IMG/VR virus record: IMGVR_UViG_3300020151_000698
Coordinates: 1 to 26,572 of that record
Strand: one strand, 5' to 3'
Source: a virus
Lineage: Duplodnaviria > Caudoviricetes
DNA length: 26,572 nucleotides
This document shows positions 1 through 9,149 of the stretch, one piece after another. Made by a program: the position numbers and the translations under genes. The notes under the pieces are model-generated. The model was not told where the DNA came from and did no database searches. It saw only the letters and a program-made list of their open reading frames with translations. The number at the start of each line of letters is the position of its first letter. Within the stretch, counting starts at the first letter, position 1.

Positions 1-906
1 ACAACTACAGTACCTAAAGGCACTACTCCTACTACAGTACCCAAGGGAACCACTACAACCACGGTTCCTGTAACAACTACAACGGTTCCTCCTGTAACTA
101 CAACCACAACTCCTCCTTCTACTTTTAGTCCAGAAGATGAAGCCATTCTTCGTCAAGCACAAGAAGACGCTTTAGCATCGGGAGACACCGAGGCAGCAGA
201 AGCACTTGCAAGAATTTATAGTAACGGTGGAAGCGGCAGCGGCGCTGCCTCTAGTAAAGAATCCAAAACTGCAGCATACAATGCTGCAATTCTTGCTGCA
301 AGCATGACAGAAAAGGCTGGTAAAACAGCACAGAATGCACTTAATTTGCAGGGACAAAACCTTTATGATACGCAAGTTGCTGCTATCCAAAAATATTATG
401 CTGGGCAAACAGACGCTGCAAACAGGGCTATTGATAAGGCTGGCGCTGATTTTATGGCTTCTATGCCTGAAGCCACGGCGTATGCTAATGCGCAGGTTGC
501 TAATCTTCCGCAAGCCCAACAGGGGCTTACGGGTGCTTTGGAGGCTTACGGGGCTACTGGACAGCAGGCACAGGGTGTGTCGGACCAAAACAAGGCTTAT
601 CTTGATGCTTTAGCCAAGATGCAAACCAGTTCCAATGCACAGTTAAGTCAGGCAGATAAAACCTATATGAATTCTCTTCGTACGGCTGCTGAAGGCAACC
701 GTATGCAGGCTAGACAGACTGTGGCTGGCAATGTTGCCAGTTTGCAGGCTGGTGACACTTCGGCTGCTAATGCCACTCGTCAGGGTTTAATCACCCAAGG
801 TATTGACAAAGCACAGGCTGCTGCTGATGCTGCTGCTGCCGCAAGGATTCAGGCTGCTAAAGATTATGGTGTACCTAAGAAAAAGAAAAAAATACCTAGA
901 AAATAG
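1..906 (+). CDS. Putative virion/internal protein, 5'-truncated, with a Thr/Pro-rich (TTTVP) segment and an Ala/Gln-rich helical body
   Basis: Frame is open from base 1 (TTTVPKGTTPTTVPKGTTTTTVPVTTTTVPP...) into the 304..906 ORF; lies upstream of the large virion protein. Confidence 0.7.
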   Translation, partial: TTTVPKGTTPTTVPKGTTTTTVPVTTTTVPPVTTTTTPPSTFSPEDEAILRQAQEDALASGDTEAAEALARIYSNGGSGSGAASSKESKTAAYNAAILAASMTEKAGKTAQNALNLQGQNLYDTQVAAIQKYYAGQTDAANRAIDKAGADFMASMPEATAYANAQVANLPQAQQGLTGALEAYGATGQQAQGVSDQNKAYLDALAKMQTSSNAQLSQADKTYMNSLRTAAEGNRMQARQTVAGNVASLQAGDTSAANATRQGLITQGIDKAQAAADAAAAARIQAAKDYGVPKKKKKIPRK

Positions 907-924
907 AACAAAAGACCCATTTAG
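906..924 (+). promoter_or_regulatory. Putative late promoter (GAACA-N14), short-leader copy
   Basis: tAGAACA matches the copies at 20013, 20569 and 25647; the inferred start at 925 gives the leader AAGGATTTATT before ATG 936. Confidence 0.45.
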
Positions 925-935
925 AAGGATTTATT

Positions 936-1715
936 ATGGCTGCATCAGGAAAAGACATTATAGCATATCTGCTTGCGGGCGGGTCTTATGATGCTATTAA
1001 AGGTAAAGTCAGCAAAGGGCAATTAACTGCTGCTTTGCTTGCTGACCCTGCGGCGGTTGGAAAACTACAGGCAATGGCGGCTACAGCCACATCTAAATAC
1101 ACAAAATATAATCCAAAAGAATTATACGACCCAGCGCAGTCCATGAATGATGTGGAGTTTAAATACTCCGCTATGGAACCAAAGTTTCAACCACTTGTTA
1201 AAGACTATTTTGCTGTTGTCCGTACCTCTGGTGGAAACCTTTCCAGAATTAAAGAAGCACAAGCGAAAATGAATGCAGGAAAATATGGTCTTGACGAAGG
1301 TAGTTACAACAGTTTAATAAAGCAATTAGAAGAAGATACAAACAATTTTGCTACTGCAGAAGTGAAACGCCAAAAAGCCAACATGGCTGCTTTCCAGACA
1401 AAGCGTAAAGCATTGGGAATTGTTGGTGTACCAACTGACCCTGTAAAACAGCATGTTTTATCTGATGCTTACCTTGGTGCAACAACTGGTGTTTATGGTA
1501 TTGGTAGTGCTTCTACAACTGTTGAAGGTCTTGCTAAACGAAAAGGCAAGAAATTTGCTGACAGTCTTATTAAACAAGGAAAAGACCCAGCATATGCCGA
1601 CAGAATGCGCACAGAGTTTGAAAACCGATTCGTAACAACGCTTAAAAAGAAAAAAACTAACCCATTGGATTACTTTGCTACTACTGTAACAAAGAGAACA
1701 ATACTTGGAGAATAA
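936..1715 (+). CDS. Hypothetical protein, probable internal virion protein
   Basis: 259-aa ORF with an AGAAGGA SD; TAATG-coupled to the next gene; position in the virion module. Confidence 0.7.
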   Translation: MAASGKDIIAYLLAGGSYDAIKGKVSKGQLTAALLADPAAVGKLQAMAATATSKYTKYNPKELYDPAQSMNDVEFKYSAMEPKFQPLVKDYFAVVRTSGGNLSRIKEAQAKMNAGKYGLDEGSYNSLIKQLEEDTNNFATAEVKRQKANMAAFQTKRKALGIVGVPTDPVKQHVLSDAYLGATTGVYGIGSASTTVEGLAKRKGKKFADSLIKQGKDPAYADRMRTEFENRFVTTLKKKKTNPLDYFATTVTKRTILGE

Positions 1716-4700
1716 TGCCTGTAGTTCGTTCACCGTTAAGTTCGGTATCTAAACCTAAGGGCGCTACCCCTGTTAATCCTATTGCGGATTCAATAGAACG
1801 AGGCGCTGCTTTGTTGTCGGAGTTGTCCCCTGCAGGTAAAAGTAGTTTTAAGGATTCAGGAACTAAAACATCTTTTTATGAAGAACAACAGAAATTAAAC
1901 ACTGCGTATTCTACTGCTTTGGCTAAGATTGCTCGCAGTTCTTTAACCCCTGCAGGTAAAAAGAAAGCAACTGATTCTTTAAATAAGGTTTATAAAGATG
2001 GTTCATCGTCTAAAACTGGGTCTGGTTTGACTGGTTTGTTTGGTGGTTACGCTAGCAATGTTATTAAGGGTGCTGGTAAAGTTGTTGGCGGTGTTTTAGA
2101 AACCAGTGCCGCTGTTTCTCGTTATGCACAATCTGGTGTTAAAGAAATTGGCGACATGGCTAACATGTGGATGTCCACTAGTGGAACCACTCGTTTAGAA
2201 GGTTCTTCTCGTGCCCGTTGGTCTGATTTCTTTACTCAAGGTAAAAAGGAAACCAATTTTCGTCTTGCACCACAAACTGGTGTTAAATGGCTTGACTCAA
2301 CTATTGACTTTGGTGTTGACATGGCTTTTGACCCTCTTACTTATGTTGGTGTTGGTGAAGTTGGTTTAATTGGTAAGGCTGGTCGTTCAGAGTTGGCTTT
2401 AAAGTTTGGTACCGATTTGATGCGTTCAAAGTACCCTCAACTTATTGGTAAAGCCGATGACATTTTGCGTTATGGTGCCGCCGCAATTCCAAAGGAAGTG
2501 CGTGCAGCAGAAAATGTTAAATTTGGTGTTCGCTTTATGGGAACTGTTGTCCCCAAAACCGAAGCATTAGCACAAATTGTTTCTGGTAAGGCTGGTGTTG
2601 GAACTATTGTTCGTGCTGGTACAGGTGACTTAATTGAAAAGGTTGGTATTCTTAAAGCAGGAAGAGTTCTCGTAACCCCTAAGAGTCGTGCTGGAATGGT
2701 CGTTAAGGGACTTGGTAGGCGTTTGGGCGTGGACGACCAAACAGTGATTGAAGAGGTTGCACATTATACTTCTTCACGCTGGGCTAAAGGCGCAACTTCA
2801 CAGCAGTACCGTAAAAGCACGGCAGCCGCTAGAGGAATTCTTAAAGACATGGAAGATTCTGGTGTTGATGGGGTTTTAATTGGAAAACTTGTTGAGGACC
2901 CAATTCTTAGGGCTTCTGCAAGTGTTAAAGATAGAGAGTTTGCGGAAAGAATTATTGCTTGGCAGGCTGGACCTAATAACCGTGGTGGTGTCAACGCAAT
3001 TATTGACAAGTTCAATATTGATTATGGCGGTCACATGGCTGACATTGGATTCGTTGATGACTATTTGCATCACCGAATGACCGAAGATGCTTTAAAGTTT
3101 GCTTATGGTAGCCCTAAGGGTAAGGCGTTTTTTAAAGAGGCTGATTTGGCTGCTGGTGAGTTAGGAAGCAATAGTGGTGCTGCTATGTTTCGTAAATACA
3201 AAAAGGGTGAAAAGTTCATGGATGAGGTTCTTGAGTTTGGAACCATTGATGAAATTAACGGTATTTTTAGGCGTAAAGCAAAGGTTGATTTCAACTTTTT
3301 TGAAAACGACATTGCAACTATTATGGATAACTATGCTTATAGTATGGCTAAGACTCGTGGGCGTGAGGCTTATGTTCGCCGTTTAATGGATTATGGTCCT
3401 GATGTGGCTCGTGTTATTCACCGAGACTTGGTACCAAGTAAAGACTTGGTAGCCAAGTTAACTGCTAGCCATGCTTCTTTGATGGGTTTGCGTGCTGATA
3501 TTGTTACTGCTGTAAACAAGGGTCGTTTTAAGGCGGGGACAACAGCGAAAGACACACTTGCGTGGGCGACTAAAATTTTGGAACATCCTTATGCCAAGAT
3601 GGGTGTTATTGATAACGAGGTTGGTCTTGTCCAAGCAAAGATTGCCCGTATTGAAGCACAGTTGGCTGATGTGCATTTGAGTGCTGCGACACAAACTGTG
3701 GAGCAGCGTGGTGCTTTTGCGCAGGTTCATAAAGCGTTGTTGGAGCAGGTGCAAATGTTGAAGCATTCTATTGCTAATGGTGAGATGTATCAACAGGCTG
3801 CTTATATAAAGTTGCGTGAATTGTTTGTTCAAATGTATCCTGATTCGCAGCGAATTCCTAAAAGTGTTGATGTTCTTATAGATAAGATTTCACGCTTTGA
3901 AGGGATGTCGGCTTCTAACACTTCAGAGGTTCGTGAGTTAACTACACGCCTTAAAGCGGTTCAACAGCAAATTGCCGACACTCCTCCCAATGCTGGTGAG
4001 TTGCTTAACGACTTGTTTGACACTGAAGCAATTGTTTTGGAACAACTTAGGGGTTTTGAAGTTTTAAGTGAAGTTAAACTTGCTGCTGATTATGCTGACG
4101 ATGGTTTAATTTATGGAACTTATGATGATTTGGTTCCACGACAGTTTGACCCTGAGGCAGACCCAATGAGTCGTGTTGTTTCAACACGCCCCATTTCGTA
4201 CGGTGACGCTGAAATGAGTACAGACGAAATGGCTGCTATCCGTAATGCGTTTATGCAGGATGGTAGGTCGGTTGCGGCTCACGCTATTCCTACTGATGCT
4301 ATTAACGACATGCGCTTGCCAGAAACATTTTATGATTTCTGGGACCCAAACAATGGTGTTGGAGAAGCGGTTAGTTTTGCGTTACAACAGTCAGGCATTG
4401 ACACCAGTAATGTTTTCCTTTCTGCTTGGGACGATGTTCTTGCTTCAGGTGCAACAGACCCTATGTTTGCGGAAATTTATCCTGCACTGGATGACTTAAT
4501 GACGGTTGTTGGTTCTATGCATGCACACAGGTTTGAACTTGGTGTTGTAGATGACAACTTCCTTGTCCAAGCATTTGATGCTGTTTATGAAAACTTTTCT
4601 TTGGTTGCTGGAGAAATGGGATTAGAAAATTCCGACTTGGTTGCTAGACAGATGCAGAATGATTTTCTTCGTGCCATGACCGAAGAAGGTCTTGGCAAAA

Positions 4701-6985
4701 CAGGAAAACCATTACTTCTTCCTAGTGAAGTTATTTATGGAATAGATAACCCGATGGCTGAAGGCGCATATTCAATGTTGTTGCCTGATAACTTTTCTTA
4801 CGCTAGACAGTACGGTAAAGATGCTATTGATTCAGGTCTTGTTGACGGAACAACTAGTCCTGTTTTTAGAACTACAGATGAACTAATTCAGTCTATTGAA
4901 AATTCTGATTATGTTTCTGCTGCTCTTGGCGCTATTGACAAAATGGATGAAGTTGCTTTGGCTGGTCGCCAAACGCAAGACATGATTTCTGCTCGTGATA
5001 TTGCACGGACAGAAGCGAAATCTATTGGTGGGCAGATTGGTGTCGTTAAACGGGAAGCATCACGCCGCCAGCGTGAAGCGGCTAAAGCATATAAAGATTA
5101 TCAAGATTTTGGTACTGTTACTATCTATAATAACGGCAAGAAACTTGTTGTCCCTCGTGAACGGGCTATATCTCTTTTGAATGTTAAAGAAGCAAAAGTT
5201 AACCGTTTGGTTCTTGATTTAGAAACACGACTTGGAAACATTGGTGCTAAAGACATTGAACGCTTGCGTATTAAGAAACTTGTTCAGGAAGAACGCTTAA
5301 CCACTTTGTTTAATCAGCGTAGGGTTTTGGAACGATGGTCGGAAGAAACTGGACCAGCGTTGGAAGAAGAAATTAACTTGTTGCGTCAGGCGATTGCTAT
5401 GGAACCTGCTGACGGTGCTGCTGGCACCGCATCACGCCGATGGGCTGATTCTGTTCGTGACAGAATTAACGCTATAGATAAACTTGGTGACACACCTGTT
5501 GCAAAAAGTTGGGAGAAAGTTGTTAAGCAACTTCATGCTGACGAAGCACAACTTGCATTCTTGGACAACTACATAATTCCTTTGTCTGACAAACAATTGG
5601 AAGATGCTTTAACTGGTGCTGTGGGTGGAACATTGATGGAAAACCTTACGGCAGGTTGGGAACGACTTGGAAAAGGTTTAGGTGTTGAAGTTACACAAGA
5701 TTTCTTTGACATTGCACGACCAAGTATTGCTAAGTTAACTAAACGAGCCGAACAGGGGCGAGTTGCAAATGTTATTAGTCGTTACCATTCGTTGTTTAAA
5801 ACATACGCAACTATGAGTCTTGGCTTTATAACTCGTAACGCTATTTCATCTACTTTTATGAATTATGTTGCTGGTGTTGGTGTTAAAAACATTGAAGAAG
5901 GCGTAGAAGCAATGCGTGCCTTGGCTAAACACGGACCTGAAAAATGGCTTGACGAATTAGGCATTACAGAACCAGCAGTACGAGAAATGTATGAAACAGC
6001 ATTGCGTGCTGTTGACGCTACAGGTCGTGGTGTAACAAGCGAAATAAACATGCAGCCGCTACTCAAGGGTAGTCGTGCTTCTAAAATCTACAATGTTATG
6101 GCAGACAACATTTTCACTAGGGCTGCTGGCAGGGGTAACGACTTTGTGGAACGGGCTGCTCGTTTCCCGATGGCTCTTGACACAATGAAACGAGGGTTGT
6201 CTTATGATGAGGCTATTTATCGTGTGACTCGTTACCATTTTGATTATAGCGATTTGTCTGCGTTGGATGAAAAAGCACGGGGACTTGTTCCGTTTTGGAT
6301 TTGGACTACACGCAACATACCGCTACAAATGACTGAGCAAATATACCGCCCGAAGGCGTATGCACAGTATGAAAATGTTCGTCAACGCAACCCAGTTGGT
6401 CTTGACATTATGATGCCTAAATATTTGCAGGAAGCAAACCCCATGGGTATTACTGGAAACTGGTTGCTTAGTCCTGATTTGCCTCAAACTCGTATCAGTC
6501 AAACTGCTGCGCAGTTCGCTTCTCCGAGTCGCTTGATTGGTATGATGTATCCAGAAATTAAAGCAATTCCTGAACTAATTACACGAAAGAATCTGGCTCT
6601 TAATATTCCTTATAGTGACAAATACCAAGAGGCTAAAGGCTTGGACAGGTTGATTGCGGAAGTGTTGAAGATAACTGGTGGCGGTAGCGAGGACCATCCG
6701 TTTACTCGCACGAATGCGGAAGGAAAACTTGAACTAGACCCAGCAATTTCTGGAACATTGTCAAGTGCTATTCCTTTGCTTGCTAAGTTGCAACGCCTTA
6801 GCGGTGGACGCTTGGGTGGTAAAGAAACATATGATGAACGCCTTATTGGTTCGTGGATGTCTGAAGTAGGTCTCCCCGTTAAAAAGGTTGGCGAGCGTGC
6901 GCAACGAGGTGAAGCAATTGGAAGAACATTTAAGATTGCTGATTTAATTAAACAACTATCAAGAGAAGGATACATAACAGAATGA
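1715..6985 (+). CDS. Large internal virion / DNA-ejection protein (1756 aa)
   Basis: Very long, mostly helical ORF at the end of the structural module; DPLTYVG motif near the N-terminus and F..RN / FDYS...PFW.W..RN.P motifs near the C-terminus, typical of large podovirus-like internal proteins. Confidence 0.7.
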   Translation: MPVVRSPLSSVSKPKGATPVNPIADSIERGAALLSELSPAGKSSFKDSGTKTSFYEEQQKLNTAYSTALAKIARSSLTPAGKKKATDSLNKVYKDGSSSKTGSGLTGLFGGYASNVIKGAGKVVGGVLETSAAVSRYAQSGVKEIGDMANMWMSTSGTTRLEGSSRARWSDFFTQGKKETNFRLAPQTGVKWLDSTIDFGVDMAFDPLTYVGVGEVGLIGKAGRSELALKFGTDLMRSKYPQLIGKADDILRYGAAAIPKEVRAAENVKFGVRFMGTVVPKTEALAQIVSGKAGVGTIVRAGTGDLIEKVGILKAGRVLVTPKSRAGMVVKGLGRRLGVDDQTVIEEVAHYTSSRWAKGATSQQYRKSTAAARGILKDMEDSGVDGVLIGKLVEDPILRASASVKDREFAERIIAWQAGPNNRGGVNAIIDKFNIDYGGHMADIGFVDDYLHHRMTEDALKFAYGSPKGKAFFKEADLAAGELGSNSGAAMFRKYKKGEKFMDEVLEFGTIDEINGIFRRKAKVDFNFFENDIATIMDNYAYSMAKTRGREAYVRRLMDYGPDVARVIHRDLVPSKDLVAKLTASHASLMGLRADIVTAVNKGRFKAGTTAKDTLAWATKILEHPYAKMGVIDNEVGLVQAKIARIEAQLADVHLSAATQTVEQRGAFAQVHKALLEQVQMLKHSIANGEMYQQAAYIKLRELFVQMYPDSQRIPKSVDVLIDKISRFEGMSASNTSEVRELTTRLKAVQQQIADTPPNAGELLNDLFDTEAIVLEQLRGFEVLSEVKLAADYADDGLIYGTYDDLVPRQFDPEADPMSRVVSTRPISYGDAEMSTDEMAAIRNAFMQDGRSVAAHAIPTDAINDMRLPETFYDFWDPNNGVGEAVSFALQQSGIDTSNVFLSAWDDVLASGATDPMFAEIYPALDDLMTVVGSMHAHRFELGVVDDNFLVQAFDAVYENFSLVAGEMGLENSDLVARQMQNDFLRAMTEEGLGKTGKPLLLPSEVIYGIDNPMAEGAYSMLLPDNFSYARQYGKDAIDSGLVDGTTSPVFRTTDELIQSIENSDYVSAALGAIDKMDEVALAGRQTQDMISARDIARTEAKSIGGQIGVVKREASRRQREAAKAYKDYQDFGTVTIYNNGKKLVVPRERAISLLNVKEAKVNRLVLDLETRLGNIGAKDIERLRIKKLVQEERLTTLFNQRRVLERWSEETGPALEEEINLLRQAIAMEPADGAAGTASRRWADSVRDRINAIDKLGDTPVAKSWEKVVKQLHADEAQLAFLDNYIIPLSDKQLEDALTGAVGGTLMENLTAGWERLGKGLGVEVTQDFFDIARPSIAKLTKRAEQGRVANVISRYHSLFKTYATMSLGFITRNAISSTFMNYVAGVGVKNIEEGVEAMRALAKHGPEKWLDELGITEPAVREMYETALRAVDATGRGVTSEINMQPLLKGSRASKIYNVMADNIFTRAAGRGNDFVERAARFPMALDTMKRGLSYDEAIYRVTRYHFDYSDLSALDEKARGLVPFWIWTTRNIPLQMTEQIYRPKAYAQYENVRQRNPVGLDIMMPKYLQEANPMGITGNWLLSPDLPQTRISQTAAQFASPSRLIGMMYPEIKAIPELITRKNLALNIPYSDKYQEAKGLDRLIAEVLKITGGGSEDHPFTRTNAEGKLELDPAISGTLSSAIPLLAKLQRLSGGRLGGKETYDERLIGSWMSEVGLPVKKVGERAQRGEAIGRTFKIADLIKQLSREGYITE

Positions 6986-7440
6986 CCGTAAATAAAACAG
7001 ACTTTTATAACTGGCAAGCAGGAACAAAACTAGACAAGGTTCGTCTGGGAGGGAAAGCCAGCCCGAATGTGGAGGCATTTAAAGACCATCTATTGAAGCG
7101 TTATGGTGGTGTCAGTGTTGGCATTGTTAACAAGCGTGAGGTTCGTGGTGGCGGTTCTTTGTCCACGCATTACTTCGGTGCTGCGCTTGACTGGCGTTAC
7201 CCTACACGGGCGGCTAGTAAGTTGGCTATGAAAGAACTGGTCAACAACTCTAAAGAGTACGGCATTCAGATGATTGTTGATTATGTTGGTTGTGTGATTT
7301 GGACTCCTAGGAAGGGCTGGCATAAAGCCACGCCCAACGCACACGGCATGGGTCAGTCATGGGCTGGTTGGTTGCATATTGAAACTACCAAAACAATGTG
7401 GGGAACAAAGTCCCCACTTGTTAATCGGATTCCGACTTAA
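6982..7440 (+). CDS. Putative endolysin, Zn-peptidase of the M15/LAS (Hedgehog/DD-peptidase) type
   Basis: S-T-H-Y-F-G-A-A-L-D fits SxHxxGxAxD, with a distal W-L-H-I-E; ATGA overlap with the upstream gene; no cell-wall-binding domain. Confidence 0.65.
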   Translation: MTVNKTDFYNWQAGTKLDKVRLGGKASPNVEAFKDHLLKRYGGVSVGIVNKREVRGGGSLSTHYFGAALDWRYPTRAASKLAMKELVNNSKEYGIQMIVDYVGCVIWTPRKGWHKATPNAHGMGQSWAGWLHIETTKTMWGTKSPLVNRIPT

Positions 7441-7666
7441 CTTGGTCCATAATTTCTTGGACAATATAGGCGTAGTTACGCATGCAGTCAGCGACTGCTT
7501 CTCTGTCACCCATTAAAGCGTTAATGTATTCTTTAATCATGTCGTTGGCTGCCAAACGAGTTATGTGGAATTCCACAATATAACCTTGTTTGGAATCTCT
7601 GACGGTTCTGGCGAAGATTTCTTCTAGTTCACCTATATCTTCAGGGTCAAATCCTTTGTCAGTCAT
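7421..7666 (-). CDS. Hypothetical protein (MTDKGFDPEDIGELEE...)
   Basis: 3' part of the 7421..7843 ORF; ATG 7666 overlaps the stop of 7659..7817; the start could instead be 7843. Confidence 0.6.
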   Translation of the reverse strand: MTDKGFDPEDIGELEEIFARTVRDSKQGYIVEFHITRLAANDMIKEYINALMGDREAVADCMRNYAYIVQEIMDQVKSESD

Positions 7667-7817
7667 GGCGACATGCATTTTCGTAAACGGCGAGGGCTTT
7701 CCAGACCTTTTTCCATACTTTAAGGTTTGTAGGGTTTTCTTCCAATTGAAAAATAACATGCGCCAGTTCGTGCGCAACGGTTTCCCAAATGATTCTCTGA
7801 AGATTTTGGTTTGCCAT
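7659..7817 (-). CDS. Small hypothetical helical protein (MANQNLQRIIWETVAHELAH...)
   Basis: Amphipathic-looking 52-aa part of ORF 7659..7898; competes with an overlapping open frame. Confidence 0.4.
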   Translation of the reverse strand: MANQNLQRIIWETVAHELAHVIFQLEENPTNLKVWKKVWKALAVYENACRHD

Positions 7818-7839
7818 TTTAGATGGGTGGGTAGTGTTT

Positions 7840-7998
7840 TCATGGTTGTTTGCTTCTTTGGGCAACAACTGCTTTAATTGCTTTTTTGACGGTATCAATG
7901 TCGTCTATCCTTGCTTTTGGTAGTCCTAGGGACTTGGCTTCTTTTGTTAGTGACATCAAAAGTGTTTCTAGTTTTTCAATGTCGGTTTGTTTACTCAT
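7840..7998 (-). CDS. 52-aa hypothetical protein not in the ORF track (MSKQTDIEKLETLLMSLTKEAKSLGLPKARIDDIDTVKKAIKAVVAQRSKQP)
   Basis: Hand translation; ATG overlaps the end of the upstream gene and the ORF fills the gap in the operon. Confidence 0.65.
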   Translation of the reverse strand: MSKQTDIEKLETLLMSLTKEAKSLGLPKARIDDIDTVKKAIKAVVAQRSKQP

Positions 7999-8314
7999 AT
8001 CTCTGTTTCATATCTGGGTGTTCTAGTATTTTTTCTTTAAGCCTTTCCATCGCAATGCGTGTCTTGCGCCACGCATGTGATTTGGCTTTTATGTTTAGGT
8101 CCGTTTTAAGTTCTTCGTATGTGACTCTATCATAAAAGATAGCGTACAGAACTTTTTGGTCCTCTTCACTTAGCGTGGACAAACACGAGGAAACTATGTC
8201 TATAATTTCCCAGTTGTCTTTTTCTAGGTGATGTTCTTCTGCGAAGGGCATCATTAAGATTTCCCATTCGCTGGAATGCTGGTTTAGTTTTTTACGAGGG
8301 TCGTACTTCATCAT
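7991..8314 (-). CDS. Sigma-70 region 4-like HTH protein without region 2; putative transcription regulator
   Basis: LSTLSEEDQKVLYAIFYDRVTYEELKTDLNI...AWRKTRIAMERLKEKI fits the ECF sigma region 4 pattern; only 107 aa. Confidence 0.75.
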   Translation of the reverse strand: MMKYDPRKKLNQHSSEWEILMMPFAEEHHLEKDNWEIIDIVSSCLSTLSEEDQKVLYAIFYDRVTYEELKTDLNIKAKSHAWRKTRIAMERLKEKILEHPDMKQRYE

Positions 8315-8801
8315 ATGCGGGGTTGGTCATTACATCTAAAACTTCGTCAGGTAGTAAAAGGTAACCCCGTGATGGATTGCCACTGCGTACAGCAAAGTTT
8401 TGCATTGTTTTATGGTTATATTTATCTGGGTTTACTTCCAGATAGCGTTTTAATCGTGGGACACTTATCATGTGGAATGCGCCTTCTTCACCATCTAGGG
8501 TTAATACATAAACCCACCACATGGCTTTAGTTACATTTAGTCCTGATTTTTCCCAAACGGCTTTGCCGTTTTCGTCTTTACGAAGTCTAGGATTATGTTC
8601 CATCTCCAAGACCATCTTGCCATTACGGTATCTGTCGGTTTTAACTTCAAAAGCACCAGCCTCCATTGCATTGAGGAACGAGGTAACCAACGCTTCGCCC
8701 TTGTGACCAAACTTGAGGTCATCTTGGAAGTTGAATTTTTTTGCTGGAATATCATAATCAGAAAATTTTCCTTTTGGTGGTGGTTTAGTGTTGTCGCTCA
8801 T
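8292..8801 (-). CDS. PD-(D/E)XK-type nuclease-like phage protein
   Basis: FEVKTD...G..VLE...SGL..T.A.WW motif; ATG 8801 forms an ATGA overlap with the rusA stop. Confidence 0.6.
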   Translation of the reverse strand: MSDNTKPPPKGKFSDYDIPAKKFNFQDDLKFGHKGEALVTSFLNAMEAGAFEVKTDRYRNGKMVLEMEHNPRLRKDENGKAVWEKSGLNVTKAMWWVYVLTLDGEEGAFHMISVPRLKRYLEVNPDKYNHKTMQNFAVRSGNPSRGYLLLPDEVLDVMTNPAYDEVRPS

Positions 8802-9139
8802 TGTTTCCACGCTTCCACATAATGGACCTGTTTGTCATCCGCCCAAGCAACCTCATTAAGACCATCCATGAGAGTTTTAATATAGTTGTCAATGTCACCT
8901 CTTAGTTTTGAAACTTCACCATCATAATCCAAAACAGTTACTTCTGTTTCGGTTCCTGAAAACACAACCCTGATTTGTACGGGACCTTCAAACTTGGGTC
9001 CATCAGACATGAGCCATGCGCCACGCACATTTGCTTCCGCTTCTAGCGTCTTGACAGGCGTGAATACACGCCCTCTGCGTCCTAGCCGTGGGCGACCTTT
9101 GGGTGTGGGTTTCCCTTGGATTATAATAGTGTGCTGCAT
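8798..9139 (-). CDS. rusA: RusA-family Holliday junction resolvase
   Basis: G.P.PKGRPR N-terminus and DIDNYIKTLMDGLN...DDKQV catalytic motif; AGAAAG SD before ATG 9139. Confidence 0.9.
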   Translation of the reverse strand: MQHTIIIQGKPTPKGRPRLGRRGRVFTPVKTLEAEANVRGAWLMSDGPKFEGPVQIRVVFSGTETEVTVLDYDGEVSKLRGDIDNYIKTLMDGLNEVAWADDKQVHYVEAWKQ

Positions 9140-9149
9140 AATTGTCTTT

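Noticed and set aside
7403-7421. GGGAACA at the lysin 3' end as another late promoter
   Set aside because: No plus-strand gene follows; it could only drive antisense RNA, which the sequence alone cannot support
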